Source of the DNA: Octopus vulgaris
Lineage: Eukaryota
DNA length: 64,000 nucleotides
NCBI GenBank assembly: GCA_951406725.2
Contig: OX597821.1
Coordinates: forward strand, 21,762,001 to 21,826,000
Reading direction: 5' to 3'
Shown here: positions 24,854-39,246 of the stretch, piece by piece
Layout of the letters: each line of letters starts with the position of its first letter
Numbering within the stretch: the first letter of the stretch is position 1
Made by a program: the position numbers and the translations under genes
The notes under the pieces: generated by a model
What the model was told of the DNA's origin: nothing
Database searches by the model: none
Seen by the model: the letters and a program-made list of their open reading frames with translations, nothing else

Positions 24854-26140
24854 TTAATCTAACAGTTTTGCATAAATTTGAGGATATTCTCCTGTCATCT
24901 TATTTATTCCTCCAGGGCGTGATGTTAATAACCCGCAAACATATTTCTTCTCATACATTCTGGGAAGTAAAATTGAAGTAGATTCAGAATATTTTCTGAG
25001 AACATGCACTTTCAAGTCTTCTTCAAAATTGAAGCCGCTTGAAACGAAATGTTTAGCAAGTTCTGTCGAACTACTGTTATTGTGCCTGACGTCGAATCTG
25101 TGGCCATTAAACATTTTGTTTAATTGTTCTGTTGTACAACCAACATAAATTAAGTTGTTTTTCGTGCATTCTGCAGCGTACACTAAATGGGAATCTTTAC
25201 ACGTTCCACCTTCTGTATAAATCATAACATTTCTGTTATGATTTCTGATGGAATTCACTTCACTCATGTTGTTGCACAATGAACAGGGATTACCTCTCTT
25301 GCGGCTATTCTTTAAGGTACAGTGTGCAGATACTCCAATGTTCGTTTTCTTGGAGTCAGATATAGAGGTCAGTAATTCTCTTATATTTTTATCTCGTCTA
25401 AAGGCTACAATAGGCGGTTGAGGAAATATCTGTTTGAAACGAGGATATATTTTCGCCACTTGCTGGTAACTTTCATGCAAAACTTTTAAAATGTCAGCGA
25501 AATGTCGGTGCCAGTTAATCACTAAAGGAATTCTGTCATCTATTGTATTGTGTTTGCTAAAATTACGCGTGAAGCTTTGACTATCTTTGCTAATCTTTTC
25601 ATTTGCTATTTCCTTTAATCGTGATTCACTGTAACCACGTTTGACATAATGATATACAAAAGCATTTGCATGTTTCCAGTAGTCCCCTATGTCACTACAA
25701 ATATGTTTTATCCTCAAAAATTGGGATTTCGGATTTGACCGAATAAGATGATCGGTGCGGCCGTGGAGATAAATGTGGAATGACGTGGGTTTGCAAAATA
25801 ACTGTTGCTATTGTGCCTCCAGAAAACTTGATTTTTGTATCCAAAAATTCAACACTAGTTTTTGAAAAACTAGACGTAAATTTTATGTTGTACTTAAAGC
25901 CATAGTTTCTAGCATAACAGTCACAGAAGTGCAAGAAATCCATTAAACTATCTTGTGATCCTTCCCAAACAAAAAATACGTTTTCAATACCAGAGTATTG
26001 GTTCTTGACCATTAAGGGATTTGAATGTCTTCAGTAACTGTGTCTCGAATTTCGTCATGAAGACATTACCGAAATGAACTGCCATGGGTGCCCCCATGGC
26101 GCAACCCTTCGTCAGGTAGTAAAATCTTTGTCTAAATATC
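24854..26140 (-). mobile_element. Penelope-like element: RT C-terminal half plus GIY-YIG endonuclease, frameshifted and 5'-truncated
   Basis: GCAMGAPMA..FGNVFM.KFE; VFFVW; IKFT....SVEFLD; RGYSE; PPIVAFRRDKNIRELL; C..C; LVYAAEC....IYVG.T...L...FNGH; P.GIN. Confidence 0.9.
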
Positions 26141-26161
26141 ATTATTATTATTATTATTATT

Positions 26162-26731
<570 letters not shown>

Positions 26732-27082
26732 CTATCAGACTCTATATAAATACTGCCTATAAGTGGAACAGTAAAAATATGCAATGTTTTTCTGAAGTTC
26801 AGTATGTACAGTTAATACTGTTGATAGTCAAGTTCCAACAGTGGAGCTTTATTTATTATTAGCAACTAATTTTCACTTTATCCAAAGAATCCAATTAATT
26901 AAGATAAAATACGTACGTACATATATTGTAAAATATATTCTATGAAATAACTACTATATAGATCTTGAAAGTATTTAATCGTCTTTAACGACAATTAACC
27001 GCTATTCTTTAGCTGATTATAACTCATTAAATATTTTAACGTGCTTCATTCAATACCTCACCACCTATTTGAAATGAATGTG

Positions 27083-27343
<261 letters not shown>

Positions 27344-27939
27344 ATTGTATATCCAGACTTACGCTGATGAGTACAGTGAGCCATAAAGTTAAATGTAGAA
27401 AACCTTTAGGTTCGGATCAATTTTTTCCCCCTAATTTTTGTGATGGTTTTTGCAAGACTAACACACAGTGAGCAACTGTAAACGTGAAGTGTGCAGAAAA
27501 TATTTTTAGTTTTGAGGCGAGAATTGATTTATGCCTAAACTTTACGAAACAAAAGGTCAAGTAGTCTGTATTAATAAATGTATTATTGTAAAAGTAATCT
27601 TTTCTTCGTTGTATTGGTTCTTCTTTATCATTAATTCATTATTACTTAATACTATATTTGTTCTTTCCTAAATACATTATAAGTATATTAGGCTGAAATA
27701 AACGATTGCTTAACATATTTATGTTTTGTATTTGACATAAAAATTCTCATGGAAAGAACATATTCACTTTTACTTAAAACAAAAAATAAGTAATTTCCTT
27801 TGCTCTTTGTTTACAAAAGGTTAAGTTAAATATCAAAATAGAAAATAGTCTGTCAAACCCTGTGTTAGCATTCGACTGCCAGGAAGGTTAGTTTTTTTCT
27901 TTCCTACACATTGCATTTTTTCTAGTTTTTGTGTAAATT

Positions 27940-28620
27940 TTCAATGTTTGTTTCCTTTCTACTTCGTCTGCAGGATTTGATGCGCATAAGCAGAACAAGA
28001 TGACTCTCTTAACAATCTGTTTCTCGATTTTCATTTGCTTCAATCCATCAAACTAAAATCCGCGTTCACAATCAGCACTTGACACTGGAAAAGTTGCACG
28101 TATATCAAAAATCTGCTAGATGACCTTAAAATGGTTAGCACTTTTCATAACGTAGGCCATTATATCTTCAAATATTTTCAACGATTTGTGTTAATATTTT
28201 TCATCTATTAAATATTTGAAATCAATGTATTAGCTGACATTAAGCTCAGGAAGGCTTTTTTTTTATTCTCATCAGAAATCACGATCTCTTTGTGTTTTTC
28301 GACTATATTTATTGCACCCTCGATGCTTAAAAATCATAGGAGATTTCTTTTGATACAAAAGAAACAAAAATCAAATGCAGGCCACCCTGCAAGCACATTT
28401 GAAGGAAATCGTTTCTGCTAATATTCACATAAAAAGGAAACAAATGTTAAAAGGTCCTTTATCACAAAGCCTTCTTCTTCTGTCCGAGATGCTGATATTT
28501 TCACTTGTACTAATCCAGAAGAGAGTTTGTCCTTTTTTTTCAATCAATTGTTTTATCTTGCAATGTTTTTCCCCTTCAATGGGAGCTTAAAGTGTTTCGT
28601 TCTTTCTATATATTTGGTTA
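27940..28620 (-). mobile_element. hAT-superfamily transposase C-terminal remnant
   Basis: IFDIRATFPVSSADCERGFSLM...KSRNRL matches the hAT dimerisation motif P.SSA.CER.FS...K.RNRL; many stops; edges uncertain. Confidence 0.65.
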
Positions 28621-28859
28621 GTTTATGCATTGCTCGGCTAAATTATCAAAAGTGTCATTTATTGTGAAAATTACTATACATTAAGAATCGTCAGAAAGTT
28701 TTTTTCCTTTGCGGTATTCGGCGATTGGATCATTATTTCCATTTTATTCAATTTCAAAGTAATTCAGAAAGGTTTTATATCTTGAAAGCTAGATGTATTG
28801 ATAACCAACGTAAACCTTTAAAAGCACACACACACATAAGCTACAGAACTCATAAAGCC

Positions 28860-29075
28860 GGAAATTTATCCAGTTTTCATGGTGTATAAGTGACTGAAAT
28901 TACAACACTTCCTCTGAACGGGGTGCTGGTCCATCGCAATGTCAACTTCCTAGTTATTGCTAGAACTTATTTACAGTTCAAACGAAGTGTCTTGCTCAAT
29001 AGTAGAACGCACCGTTAGGTCCGCGAATCAAAAATACGATCTTTCGGTCATGAGCACAAAGCACTAACCACAATC
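28860..29075 (-). mobile_element. Degenerate tRNA-derived SINE
   Basis: Minus strand gtggttagtgc...ttgagcaagacactt. Confidence 0.5.
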
Positions 29076-29557
29076 CATAACTTTGACCCATTCTTCGCAT
29101 TTCTTCTTCCCAAACTGATGACAATAAATTTATTCCCATTTAAACGTGAATGTTCTGTTTGAACAAACTTTACAGGGGTAGATGCCTTGAGAGAAATTCT
29201 CATATGGGTTCCTGGTACAGAATGTGCGCTTGTTTATTTATGTCGCCAGCGGTGAGAAAAATCCCCAAGGTGCTGAAGTTGGCAGGGGATTTATATGCGT
29301 TTACGGGGGAATTAATATTACCTTTCGATATTAATATTTCCTTTGTCGCTAATATAAATAATAAATTGTCGTTATAAGCTTGGGTTAAATTTCTACATTT
29401 TTCATTTCTGGAATTCTGGAATCATTCCAAACATCTTTCATTACTAAATCTTTACGATGTTGGAAGCAGTGTTGCTCTTTAGAACAGCAACATGTTTCGT
29501 TCGAGTGGCGATTGCTTTCATTCTTCCTATCATTACAGAATCTCCATGTGAGAACAT

Positions 29558-29935
29558 CAGGCATAGCTGTGTAGTTAAGAAGCTCGATTTGCAACCCCTA
29601 TGGTTTAGGGTTCTTTTAAAATGTGCTGCATCTTGAATAAGTACTTTCTACTATAGCCCCGGGCTGAACAGTAGATTCAGGGGAAATTTGATAGAGGCGA
29701 AACTATGTCGAAGCTAATCATATATATGTGTGTATGTGTGCATGTGTATCTAGATGCATGTGTGCCATTGTGACTTTGTACCCTCCCACTCCCTGTAGTC
29801 TAGCTGTTCGGCAATAGTGACCGATAGAATAGGTATCTCATTTCAAACAATATGTAAAGTAATGGAGTAGATTTGTTCAACTAAACTCTTTAAGTCGCTG
29901 CTTCGCAGGTCAACGACTGAACCAAGTAAAAGATA
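29558..29935 (+). mobile_element. SINE family B, old copy
   Basis: Diverged but colinear with 19977-20368. Confidence 0.65.
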
Positions 29936-30245
29936 CCGAAGATATTTATTGATATCCAAATGATTATTCTAATAAAAATAATTTAATAATCTTTTTTGCA
30001 TCGTAAGAATCCAATTTTCGTAATATTTCCTTCAAAAACTGCCGCATAATTTTCAACAGCAATCTTTCTGTACTCAAGATACGAACAGTATTTTACCAAC
30101 AGAAATAATAGCATTTTTAATAACAGTCACCGGAATGACACTTGTATCTTGTATCAATGTTGGGACACTGCGTTGAATGGTTTCAGTTGAACAAATCAAC
30201 AGATTCCGGTTAGTTGAGAACAAACACAAGCATATAGATACAAAT

Positions 30246-30325
<80 letters not shown>

Positions 30326-30372
30326 GTGTATGTGTGTGTGTGTATGTATGTATGTATATATGTATGCATGAT

Positions 30373-30433
30373 TATAAATTAGAGAAGAACCACCATGTTG
30401 AATTGCTACATGGTGGTTCTTCTCTAATTTATA
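30373..30433. other. Perfect 26-bp-stem hairpin with 9-nt loop
   Basis: tataaattagagaagaaccaccatgt (30373-30398) is the exact reverse complement of 30408-30433. Confidence 0.9.
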
Positions 30434-30517
30434 TACATATATCATATATTGTGAAATTTGATTTAGTATTACTAAATTGAATTTTTCCTTGTAAGTTTGG
30501 AATCATATTCCCTAATG

Positions 30518-30563
<46 letters not shown>

Positions 30564-30634
30564 TAGTATCATTATTATTATATATATACATACGCATATA
30601 TATATATGTGTGTGTGTGTGTGCGTACGTGTATA

Positions 30635-30694
<60 letters not shown>

Positions 30695-30695
<1 letters not shown>

Positions 30696-31300
30696 GGTTG
30701 TTTCATATGAAAGGTATTTGAAAGATTAAAAACTTAAAATGTTTCAGAAGTGTTAGAGAACTGATTTATTTAATCAAAGTATTATTGATGTTCATTTATG
30801 ACGTTCACCCATCGTTTCTCTACGTCATATATTCCATCTTTAAAAAAAAACATTCATCTTTTGTTGTGATAAACTGTCCGAATACTTCAATTACCTCTTC
30901 TCTATTTAAGAATGTTTTATTGCTTATGCAAAGCTCAAAATGCTTAAATAAGTGATGATCAGTAGGAGAGATATCATGATTTTTTATTAGTATGAGAGAT
31001 ATCAGTGGAGTAGGGAGGATGTTGCAGAATCTCATAATTCAGGCTTTGCAACTTTTGGGCAGTAGTTCGAGGAGTGTAGGTAAGTGCATTTGTCGTGGAG
31101 CAAAATTAGGCCATCTCTATTCAATAGTCTGAGTGGCTTCTTTTTCAAATTCTTATACAATGAATTTCCTGGCAATACGATGTTGCTGTTACCGTTTTTC
31201 CTTGTTGCAAAAGTATCGCAATAATTACATAACGGTTGTAGATATATTGGGCAACCCGGCACTCCATCTCATCAGCATCCCGCAATAAATACAGTGCCTC
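30695..31300 (-). mobile_element. Mariner transposase 3' remnant
   Basis: LILLHD...QHPPYS.DI...ISPTDHHLF...F; degenerate YSPDLAPSD. Confidence 0.75.
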
Positions 31301-31424
31301 TGTTTTTTGGTACACACGCGCGCACACACATGCACTCTCTCTCTCTCTCTCTCTCACGCAAACACACACACACACATGCACACACGTACGCACGCACGCA
31401 CATACATACATACATATACATACA

Positions 31425-31455
<31 letters not shown>

Positions 31456-31641
31456 GTGACCTCGTGTGTACCGTTGGCAATATTTTTCCTCTGTCTTCCC
31501 TTCTCTGGATCTTTCCTTCTCCTATGTTTCCGACGAAGAGCTCCGCTCGAAACGTTAAACTCTCCTTCTTCCCTTCTTTCCTGAGCGTCCAATAATACTA
31601 TATTTGTTCCACGTCCTCGCATTGTTGTGTTTTTTTGTGCT
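31456..31641 (+). mobile_element. Short element in (CATA)n with a hammerhead-like motif at 31526-31560
   Basis: gttt-CCGACGA-a-gagc-tcc-gctc-GAAAC-GTT-aaac. Confidence 0.6.
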
Positions 31642-31658
31642 TTCTTGTTTGGATTAAC

Positions 31659-31690
<32 letters not shown>

Positions 31691-32156
31691 CATACATACA
31701 TACATACATACATACATACATACATTGGTGTTTTCATTCGCATTTCAAGTAACATATTGTGAAAGATTGTACTTTATTGCCCTAGAAAACTTCATTTCTT
31801 TCACCTACCTCTCTTCTTTCTTTATCCGAAATACCCTAAATGATGTACTTTTAATGGTTGAATAATATTGTTTCGAAAACTTTCGAATGCATAAATAATG
31901 CTGCGACTGTTATAAACGCCTTTTCAGGTAATCCAATTTTCCCACCCATCACTCTATGCTTTACCAATCTTAAATACACTTCAAACTTTTGCTTCACTAA
32001 GAATGTTACAGAATGGTACATTGTATTGCAAGATTTCTTTCAACTGAATTCCTGTTCGCTTATCATTGATTTTAGATTTTCTTTGATGATTTTAGTGAGG
32101 CTGTTTTCCTTCTGCCATTATTACGAACCATTATTTTAATTGCATCATCATCATCT

Positions 32157-32211
<55 letters not shown>

Positions 32212-32212
32212 C

Positions 32213-32514
32213 ATTCAGTAGTTTTATTTTTTATAGCGTGCTTTCACTTCACTACCGAGCGCAGCTCTGTGTGCCTTGGGTATGTGCTGTGATTTGTTGT
32301 GATGCTCTGATGGTTATTGTATGGAAAGTGTTCTGCGTAGGATGTGTGCAGTGCCTAGTAGTGCAATTTTCTGTATGTTATATGTGTTTGTAAGTCCTGG
32401 TGTTTTTGTTATGTATTTGTCTGAATATTTTTTTATCATGCCTAATGCACCTACTATGATAGGAATTGTTTCTGTTTTTAGATTCCACATTCTGGTTACC
32501 TCTTCTTCCAGGTC

Positions 32515-32515
<1 letters not shown>
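32213..32515 (-). mobile_element. Dong-type LINE 3' end in (TAA)n
   Basis: DL...VTRMWNLKTETIPIIVGALGMIKKYSDKYITKTPGLTNTYNIQKIALLGTAHILRRTLSI. Confidence 0.88.
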
Positions 32516-32574
<59 letters not shown>

Positions 32575-33283
32575 TATTATTATTGCTAGAAGTAAAACTT
32601 TACGCGTATAGATTATGCATATGGACTATTTTATAATTTTCTACATAAAAGTTACACTACCTCCCAGATGTTTTTATACTGCGTGTCTTTCACTTAGATC
32701 ATGGTGTGGGTGTGTGGGTGGGTGGATGTGTTGGTGGGTGGGTGTGTATTCTGGCGCGCACGCATGTGTGTGCACGGAATGCACCTGCCTCTAAAGATGT
32801 AACTCTTTGGCGCCCATGTATTGTTTTCCCTATGGTTGCACTTTTATATACCAAACTTTTCTTACTTTGAGGACTATCCTCAGTTTCCGTACAATGGATA
32901 TTTTATCCGATTCCTGCTGTTCTATCAGCATTTCTGTGATTGAGAATAATTATTTCTTTATTTGAATCTTACAAGACATCTCAACGCTTCTAAAAGTAAA
33001 TATTGTTTGTTTACATTTATCGTAATTTAACATGCATCTATACGTATGTGTGTGTGTGTTTGCATACACCATATATGCATATGTATGTTTATATATGTAT
33101 GTAAGTATGCAGGAATGTATGTATACTTGCGTTGGTTGTTAGATTAATAGCAATGTGAATTTATGCAGTTAGTTTAAAATGTTCCCGTGGAGAAACACAC
33201 CATGGAGAAGGTAGAGAAAGAAAGACCAATTGCTCTCTGATTAGGACAACATTCTGTCAGCGGTGACATTACTAGGGTGATTT

Positions 33284-33321
<38 letters not shown>

Positions 33322-33486
33322 CAGATCATCGAAGGGGGATAATGTGTAATATAATGTTCTGTCAAGAAACACCATATAATAGGTGTGACATAAATCTCTT
33401 TCAATTTGACGCCAGTTTATCACAAGTGACTGCTTCACATGACTTCGTAGTCCATATTTTTACCGACGGCAGGGTGAACTGACAAT

Positions 33487-33688
33487 ATATATATTCGCCA
33501 TGATAGATCGCTAGCCACTACACACATTTTTTCTCTTCTTGTTTCTTTCTGTGTTCCTTTCTGTGGAAGAGCATAGGCTCGAAACGTTAAAGACTTTTTC
33601 AATTCCCGAGCGTTATACTAATGCATCTGTTTGTTTTCTACACCACTTGTCTTCGTCTTTTGTTTTTTTCGCGAACTCTCCCTATATA
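33487..33688 (+). mobile_element. Short TA-flanked element with a hammerhead-like motif at 33557-33592
   Basis: cttt-CTGTGGA-a-gagc-atag-gctc-GAAAC-GTT-aaag; downstream gagcgt..tactaat resembles the 31456 element. Confidence 0.6.
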
Positions 33689-34140
33689 TGTCGTGGCAAA
33701 CATTAAAACGGTATGAGTAAATTCGAACACACGATCTTTAGTGCTAGATTTTACAGAATTTTATCCATTCGGCCAAATACATAGGAGAAGGGAGTTAACG
33801 GAAATACATAGAAAGAGATTGGAATACCGAAGAAGAGAAAGTTATGCACTTTTGGAAATTCTACAAAAGGACAGAGAATGAGGAGAGTAAAGGTGAGAGA
33901 GGAGCACAAAAGGAAAACGAGGTAAACAGAGATATAGGGGAAAAGAAGATGACAGGATAAAAAAGAGGGAGGTAGGTTAGAGGGTAAATTAGGGGTGGAA
34001 TAAAAGGGTAGAAGAGAAGTAATTGAATATTCGCCTTACATTATTCATTATTAATTATGTTTTAGTTAAATCTTAATTACAGATTACAGACTGTTTCACT
34101 CTGGAGAGAGTAGTGTTGTTATTGCTTTTGTTGTTGTTGG

Positions 34141-34183
<43 letters not shown>

Positions 34184-35229
34184 TGATATTGATGGTTGTG
34201 GTTATGGTTGTGATGTTGTAGCCGTGGTAGTCGTGGGAGGAGGAGTAGTAGTTAGGGGAGTGGAAGTGTTGGTGGACGTCAGGATAGAAGTGGTAATGGT
34301 GGTATGGCTGTGAGGTTGTTGTTGTTGTTTAGGTGGTGGTAGTGATGGTGGTGGTGGTGGTGGTGGTGCGGTTACTCTTGGTGGCTGTGCTGGTGGTCGT
34401 GATGGTAGCGGTGCGTTGCTTCTTCTGTTTGTTGCTATTTAGTCCCAGGTCATCCATGGTCGATCTGACCTCTGATCGAGACATTCTAGCCGTCACCATT
34501 TCTCTCTCCCTCTCTTTCTCTCTCTCTCTCTTTCCCTCTCTCCCCTCCCTCTCTCTCTCTCTCTCTCTCCCCTCTCTCTCTCTCTCACTCCACATCGTAT
34601 TTTGCTGCATTCTTTTTTCTTTTGTAAAAACAATAATTCCCTGAAAATTATCCTGCCTCTTCCACAGTTCTAATTGAGAAGTTGCTGCTGTAGGTTTCTC
34701 AACTCCTTAAAAAGAGTGTTATTTCATTTATTTAGCAACTGCAAATATTTTTTGTATTCTATACTAGCTCCGACCAACCATAATGACCATGGATGACGGT
34801 CCTCGTTGTCTGCCCTGTTTGAACAGTGTTGTCTGTAACACTCCAACCTTGCCTACCTCGCATCGCCTACAACAAGGAGAGCAATAGTTATCGGTTATAA
34901 GTCATTGTTACAACTCAAAAAGCAACGAAACAGCTCACAAGTATTGCTTGGGATGTTATAAATACGTGTAGACTGTGTGGAAGAGATAGTGTTGTAAGAG
35001 TGGTGTCGTAGTAGTATTTGGGGTGCTTTCTATGTGTCTGGATTGAGAAGGAGATATACTGTCATTAGGATAGTGTTAAAGAAATGTCCCGGGCAGGTTG
35101 ATGTTTCTGGATTGCTTAGGAGCGATTTAGGATGGTGTTCTGAGCTGTTCTGGATGTGTCAACACAGTGTAGAGGGGACAGTGTCATAAAATTTATTCCA
35201 TCATGATATTTAAAGTAAGTACATCACGA

Positions 35230-35436
35230 AGGCAGTGAGCCGGCAGAATCGTTAGCACGCTGGGCAAAATGCTTATGGGCATTTCGTCAGCATTTGCGTT
35301 CTGAGTTCAAATTCCGACAAGGTCGACTTTGCCTTTCGTCTTTTCGGGGTCGATAAAATAGGTACCAGTTGATTACTAGAGTCGATGTAATCGACCTATC
35401 TCTCCCTTGAAAGTGCTGGCTTTGAGCCAAAATTTA
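35230..35436 (+). mobile_element. SINE family A
   Basis: Head and core. Confidence 0.85.
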
Positions 35437-36492
35437 AAAGTAACATTTATCAGATATGGAATATTAGCTTTAATTGTATTTCTAAATTGGTTTGAGTAGG
35501 GAATTAATCCAAATGTATGCAAAGAAATATGGAAATAGTAACAATTTAAGAATTTGATTCTGCAGGTAAAACTATAGTGGCCTATAGTATTGCGTTTATT
35601 CAAGTTTACTTCCCAAGAAGAAGATTGAACATACGTAATGGCCAGACAAAAATCAGTACAGGTGAAAATAAAAAGCGTGAATATTGGATTTTTTTGTGGA
35701 AGGGAGATATGGCATGCTGGAGCGTAATGCAAGAGATAAAAACAAAATCCAACGTTGAGATTTTTCCAAATATCTGTCAACTCACAGCGAAGTGTAGCAC
35801 AAAGTGCCAGAAAAAACTGTCAAGAGATCATTATTTATTTATTATTCTTTTTTCACTTTTAGGTAAAAATGAGTTACGAGTCATTTTTATACGATAAAAA
35901 GTTATTCCCACAAAAAAGAATTCAAAGTGAATGCAGTGAGGGGAAAATAAGTTTTTTGTGCGTCTGACCGTAATGCAAGTTGTAATAACCCGTTCAACGA
36001 TGAAGAAAATTCGCTCATTATTTTCATTCTTTACTTCTCTCCATATATATTTTTTTACTCTGTGGTGCTGTATATTTCGCGTGTAGAAAAAAGACAATGT
36101 CGCTAACCGACATCATATCAAAATAAACAAAATAACTGGATGTCACGTGACTATTATGAAGAGCGAACATAAGTTGGTAGAGTGATGTGAGGATGGCAAT
36201 GTAGTAGTGGTGTGGGTTGTTGTGGATGTGTCAGTACTTGCTGGAAGAGGTAAGGTTTATAGGATCGTAAAGTAATGGAATTCTGGAGTGTTGCAAATGT
36301 GTCTGAACTGAGTGGTAGAGACAGTGTTGTTAGGATAGTGTTGTAGTAGTAGCAGTAGTAGTGCTCTGGGATTTTCTAGATAATTGCAAACTATGTTAGA
36401 GAAATAGCCCTACTGATAAACGGTTCGAGCGGATTCGATGACCATGCAGAGGATCGTTTATAGGTGTTGCTGTTGTCGTCGTCGTCGCTGTC

Positions 36493-36525
<33 letters not shown>

Positions 36526-36639
36526 AATAACGATGTTGATAATGATGATGATGATGATGTTGACGATGATGATGATGGTGGTAGTGGTGGTGGTGGTGCT
36601 GATGATGATGTTGCATACATGGGTTTGTATGTTATTACT

Positions 36640-37000
36640 TCGTCAATTAGTTACCTGATTAGCAACTTAATTAATGAAAAATATTAATAAATTCCAGTTA
36701 TCGGCGAGCAGATTAGTTGGATTATAAGATTAGTTAATTAACAGATACTTCAATTAAGATATCGCTTAACAGATTAGTTCTTTAATGGATTAGCTTCTAA
36801 ACTGGAATTAACGGATTAGTGCGTGAAAAAATTATCAAATTACCAGATTATTTTATTGAAATATTAGTTCACATATGAGTTCGCGAACAGATTAGCTAAT
36901 GAATATAGTAAATGATTAGTCAATATTAGTTAATATTATTAAATTAATCATTAAGTATTAATCGTGGAATTAGCTGTTTAGTTACTTAACAGATTAGTTT
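36640..37000. repeat. Degenerate array of (AACA)GATTAG(TT) motifs
   Basis: More than ten ATTAG-cored copies at irregular spacing. Confidence 0.6.
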
Positions 37001-37024
37001 GTCGAAATCTTCTGCCTCTTATAT

Positions 37025-37290
37025 TTTGCTTGTTCTGGTCATTGAACAACGGCCACGCTGGAGCACCAACTTGAAGGGTTTAAGTTGAACGAAATGATCT
37101 CAGTACTTATTTTTAAATCTAATACTTATTCTAGCGGCTTTATTTTTTTTTGCCGAACCGCTAAGTTCCGAGAACGTAAACAAACCAATACTGGTTATCA
37201 AGCGGTGGGAGAAACAAACACAAACACAAAGACACACATACGCGCGTGCGCACACACATATACACACATGTATATGTATACAACGAGCTT
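37025..37290 (-). mobile_element. SINE family B, 3' half
   Basis: gctggagcacc...tttgccgaaccgctaagtt is the reverse complement of the family B body. Confidence 0.7.
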
Positions 37291-38035
37291 CCCCATAGAT
37301 AGATAGATAGATATACGGGGGGGGGTTATTATGTATAGAAGAATATATTAATAAAAGGAATTCCAACCTTGTCTGATTTTCACGTTTTATTTACAATCTT
37401 ATAATGATATAATATAAGATAATATAATATAATATAATAAACTAATAGAATGTTAAATGTTCATTCTGATTGAACTAGTACTTTCATGCATTAAATTATG
37501 CAATCTTCAGGTTCATGTAGTAGTGGTGACAGTCATGCTTCACAATTTTCGACTGTGTATATATATATATACATACATACATATGTATGTAATATTTCGG
37601 TGGATTTGTTAGTTCAGTCATTTTCATATCCAAATCCGCGTGACCGACTGCTATATATTCAAGAGCCGCAGAAAGTATTGTATTTTTGACACAACCTTTC
37701 TACCTTATGAGGTGAAAAATCACGATACCTGTTGATTGTCATAGAAAGAGTGTAGGGATATAATGACACACGCATTTCCCTCCTATCAGATATTTGTTTT
37801 GTTTAGTTTCATTTATTTGTTGTTTTTTTTCTGTTTTGCTTATTTTTTCTATATTTTTTCTATAGTTCTTTATTTAAGAGGTGTCTGCTTGAATAATAAC
37901 ATATAGTTGTTTATGAGTATTTGTGAGTACTTCGCTAGGAGGAGAATATATTCTTTATTGGGTGGAATCTTATGATAGTTATAGCGATTTATGTGTGTGT
38001 GTTTATGTATGCATATATATATGCATTTATGTTTA

Positions 38036-38067
<32 letters not shown>

Positions 38068-38305
38068 CTTAGAAAAGGATGCGTGCCTTTCGATCATATA
38101 ATGATGTAAATAATATATAATTATATGCATATATACATACATATATGTACATATCTACATATATATGTATATATACATATATATGTTGTTATGTACATAT
38201 ATGTATATATGCATATATTTATATATTATTTTTATTATTATATGATCGAACGCCACGCATCCTTTTCCAAGTAAGTTTTATCTTAATAATTACGATGCGG
38301 GATCA

Positions 38306-38517
38306 TTTCTAAAAGATGGACAGAATTTCTACTTAACTAAATAATTTGAAACTTCGTATACTGGTAGAATGTGTCAAAAGAAAACATTAATTTCAACTAG
38401 TTTTTTTGAGAAAATTGTATTTTGTAACTTTTACGTAGTTTAATTCTTCGAATTTTAACCAGTATACGAAGTTTCAAATTATTTAGTTAAGTAGAAATTC
38501 TGTCCATCTTTTAGAAA
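38306..38517. repeat. Perfect 60-bp inverted repeat with 92-bp spacer
   Basis: 38306-38365 is the exact reverse complement of 38458-38517. Confidence 0.92.
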
Positions 38518-39207
38518 AGATCCACGATGCGCACTCTTCTATCGTTACTATCTCTTCTCTGTCTATATTTCTCCCTCTCTTGTTCTTCATCCTTTCTGGT
38601 TTTCTCTCCCACCCTTCCCTATTCTTCTCCATTCCTCTTCGCCGTTCCCTCTCTCTCACTCCTCCTCTTAGACTCTCTCGTCGCTGACACATGACTAAAG
38701 AGAATCTATCTTTCTGACTACTACCTTCGTAAAGAAAAAAAACGTGTTTATACTGTCTCCTTCATAAGCTCGTCCTGCAAGCGTTCAGAATTTATCTATT
38801 GTCTTGGCTTAACAACCTACAACGTTTGTTTTTACTGTTTTGTTCTCACTGTCCTTTTCTTGTTACCACTTTCACCCTCCGCAAAAAATCCCAAATTTTA
38901 TTTAATGTGCTTTGCGGGAAGGACTGTTTCAACAAAGTCGCGTCTTGCTCTTACCTTCGTAACGCGGAATAAATGAAACAGGGATAACTGAAGAAGGGGA
39001 ATATTCTTTATGTTGTATGTCTCATTTCTCGCTTTGTTTTTTTCGTTGTTCGAAGAAAGTTCGTTTTCTGTTTGTGTTTTTATGTTTCCGTTTCTTATTG
39101 TGTTCAACGTTTTGTTGATGTCCTGTACCCATATATGCATGCATATATACATATATATGTAGGTATGTACATATATGTATGTATATATGCATATATTTAT
39201 ATATCAT

Positions 39208-39246
<39 letters not shown>

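Noticed and set aside
24854-25717. Intact or domesticated GIY-YIG gene
   Set aside because: Part of a frameshifted Penelope ORF; the RT YxDD motif is degraded and the conserved Arg region reads KMFNGH
35376-36097. Overlapping ORFs in unique AT-rich DNA
   Set aside because: No recognisable domains or convincing paired splice sites
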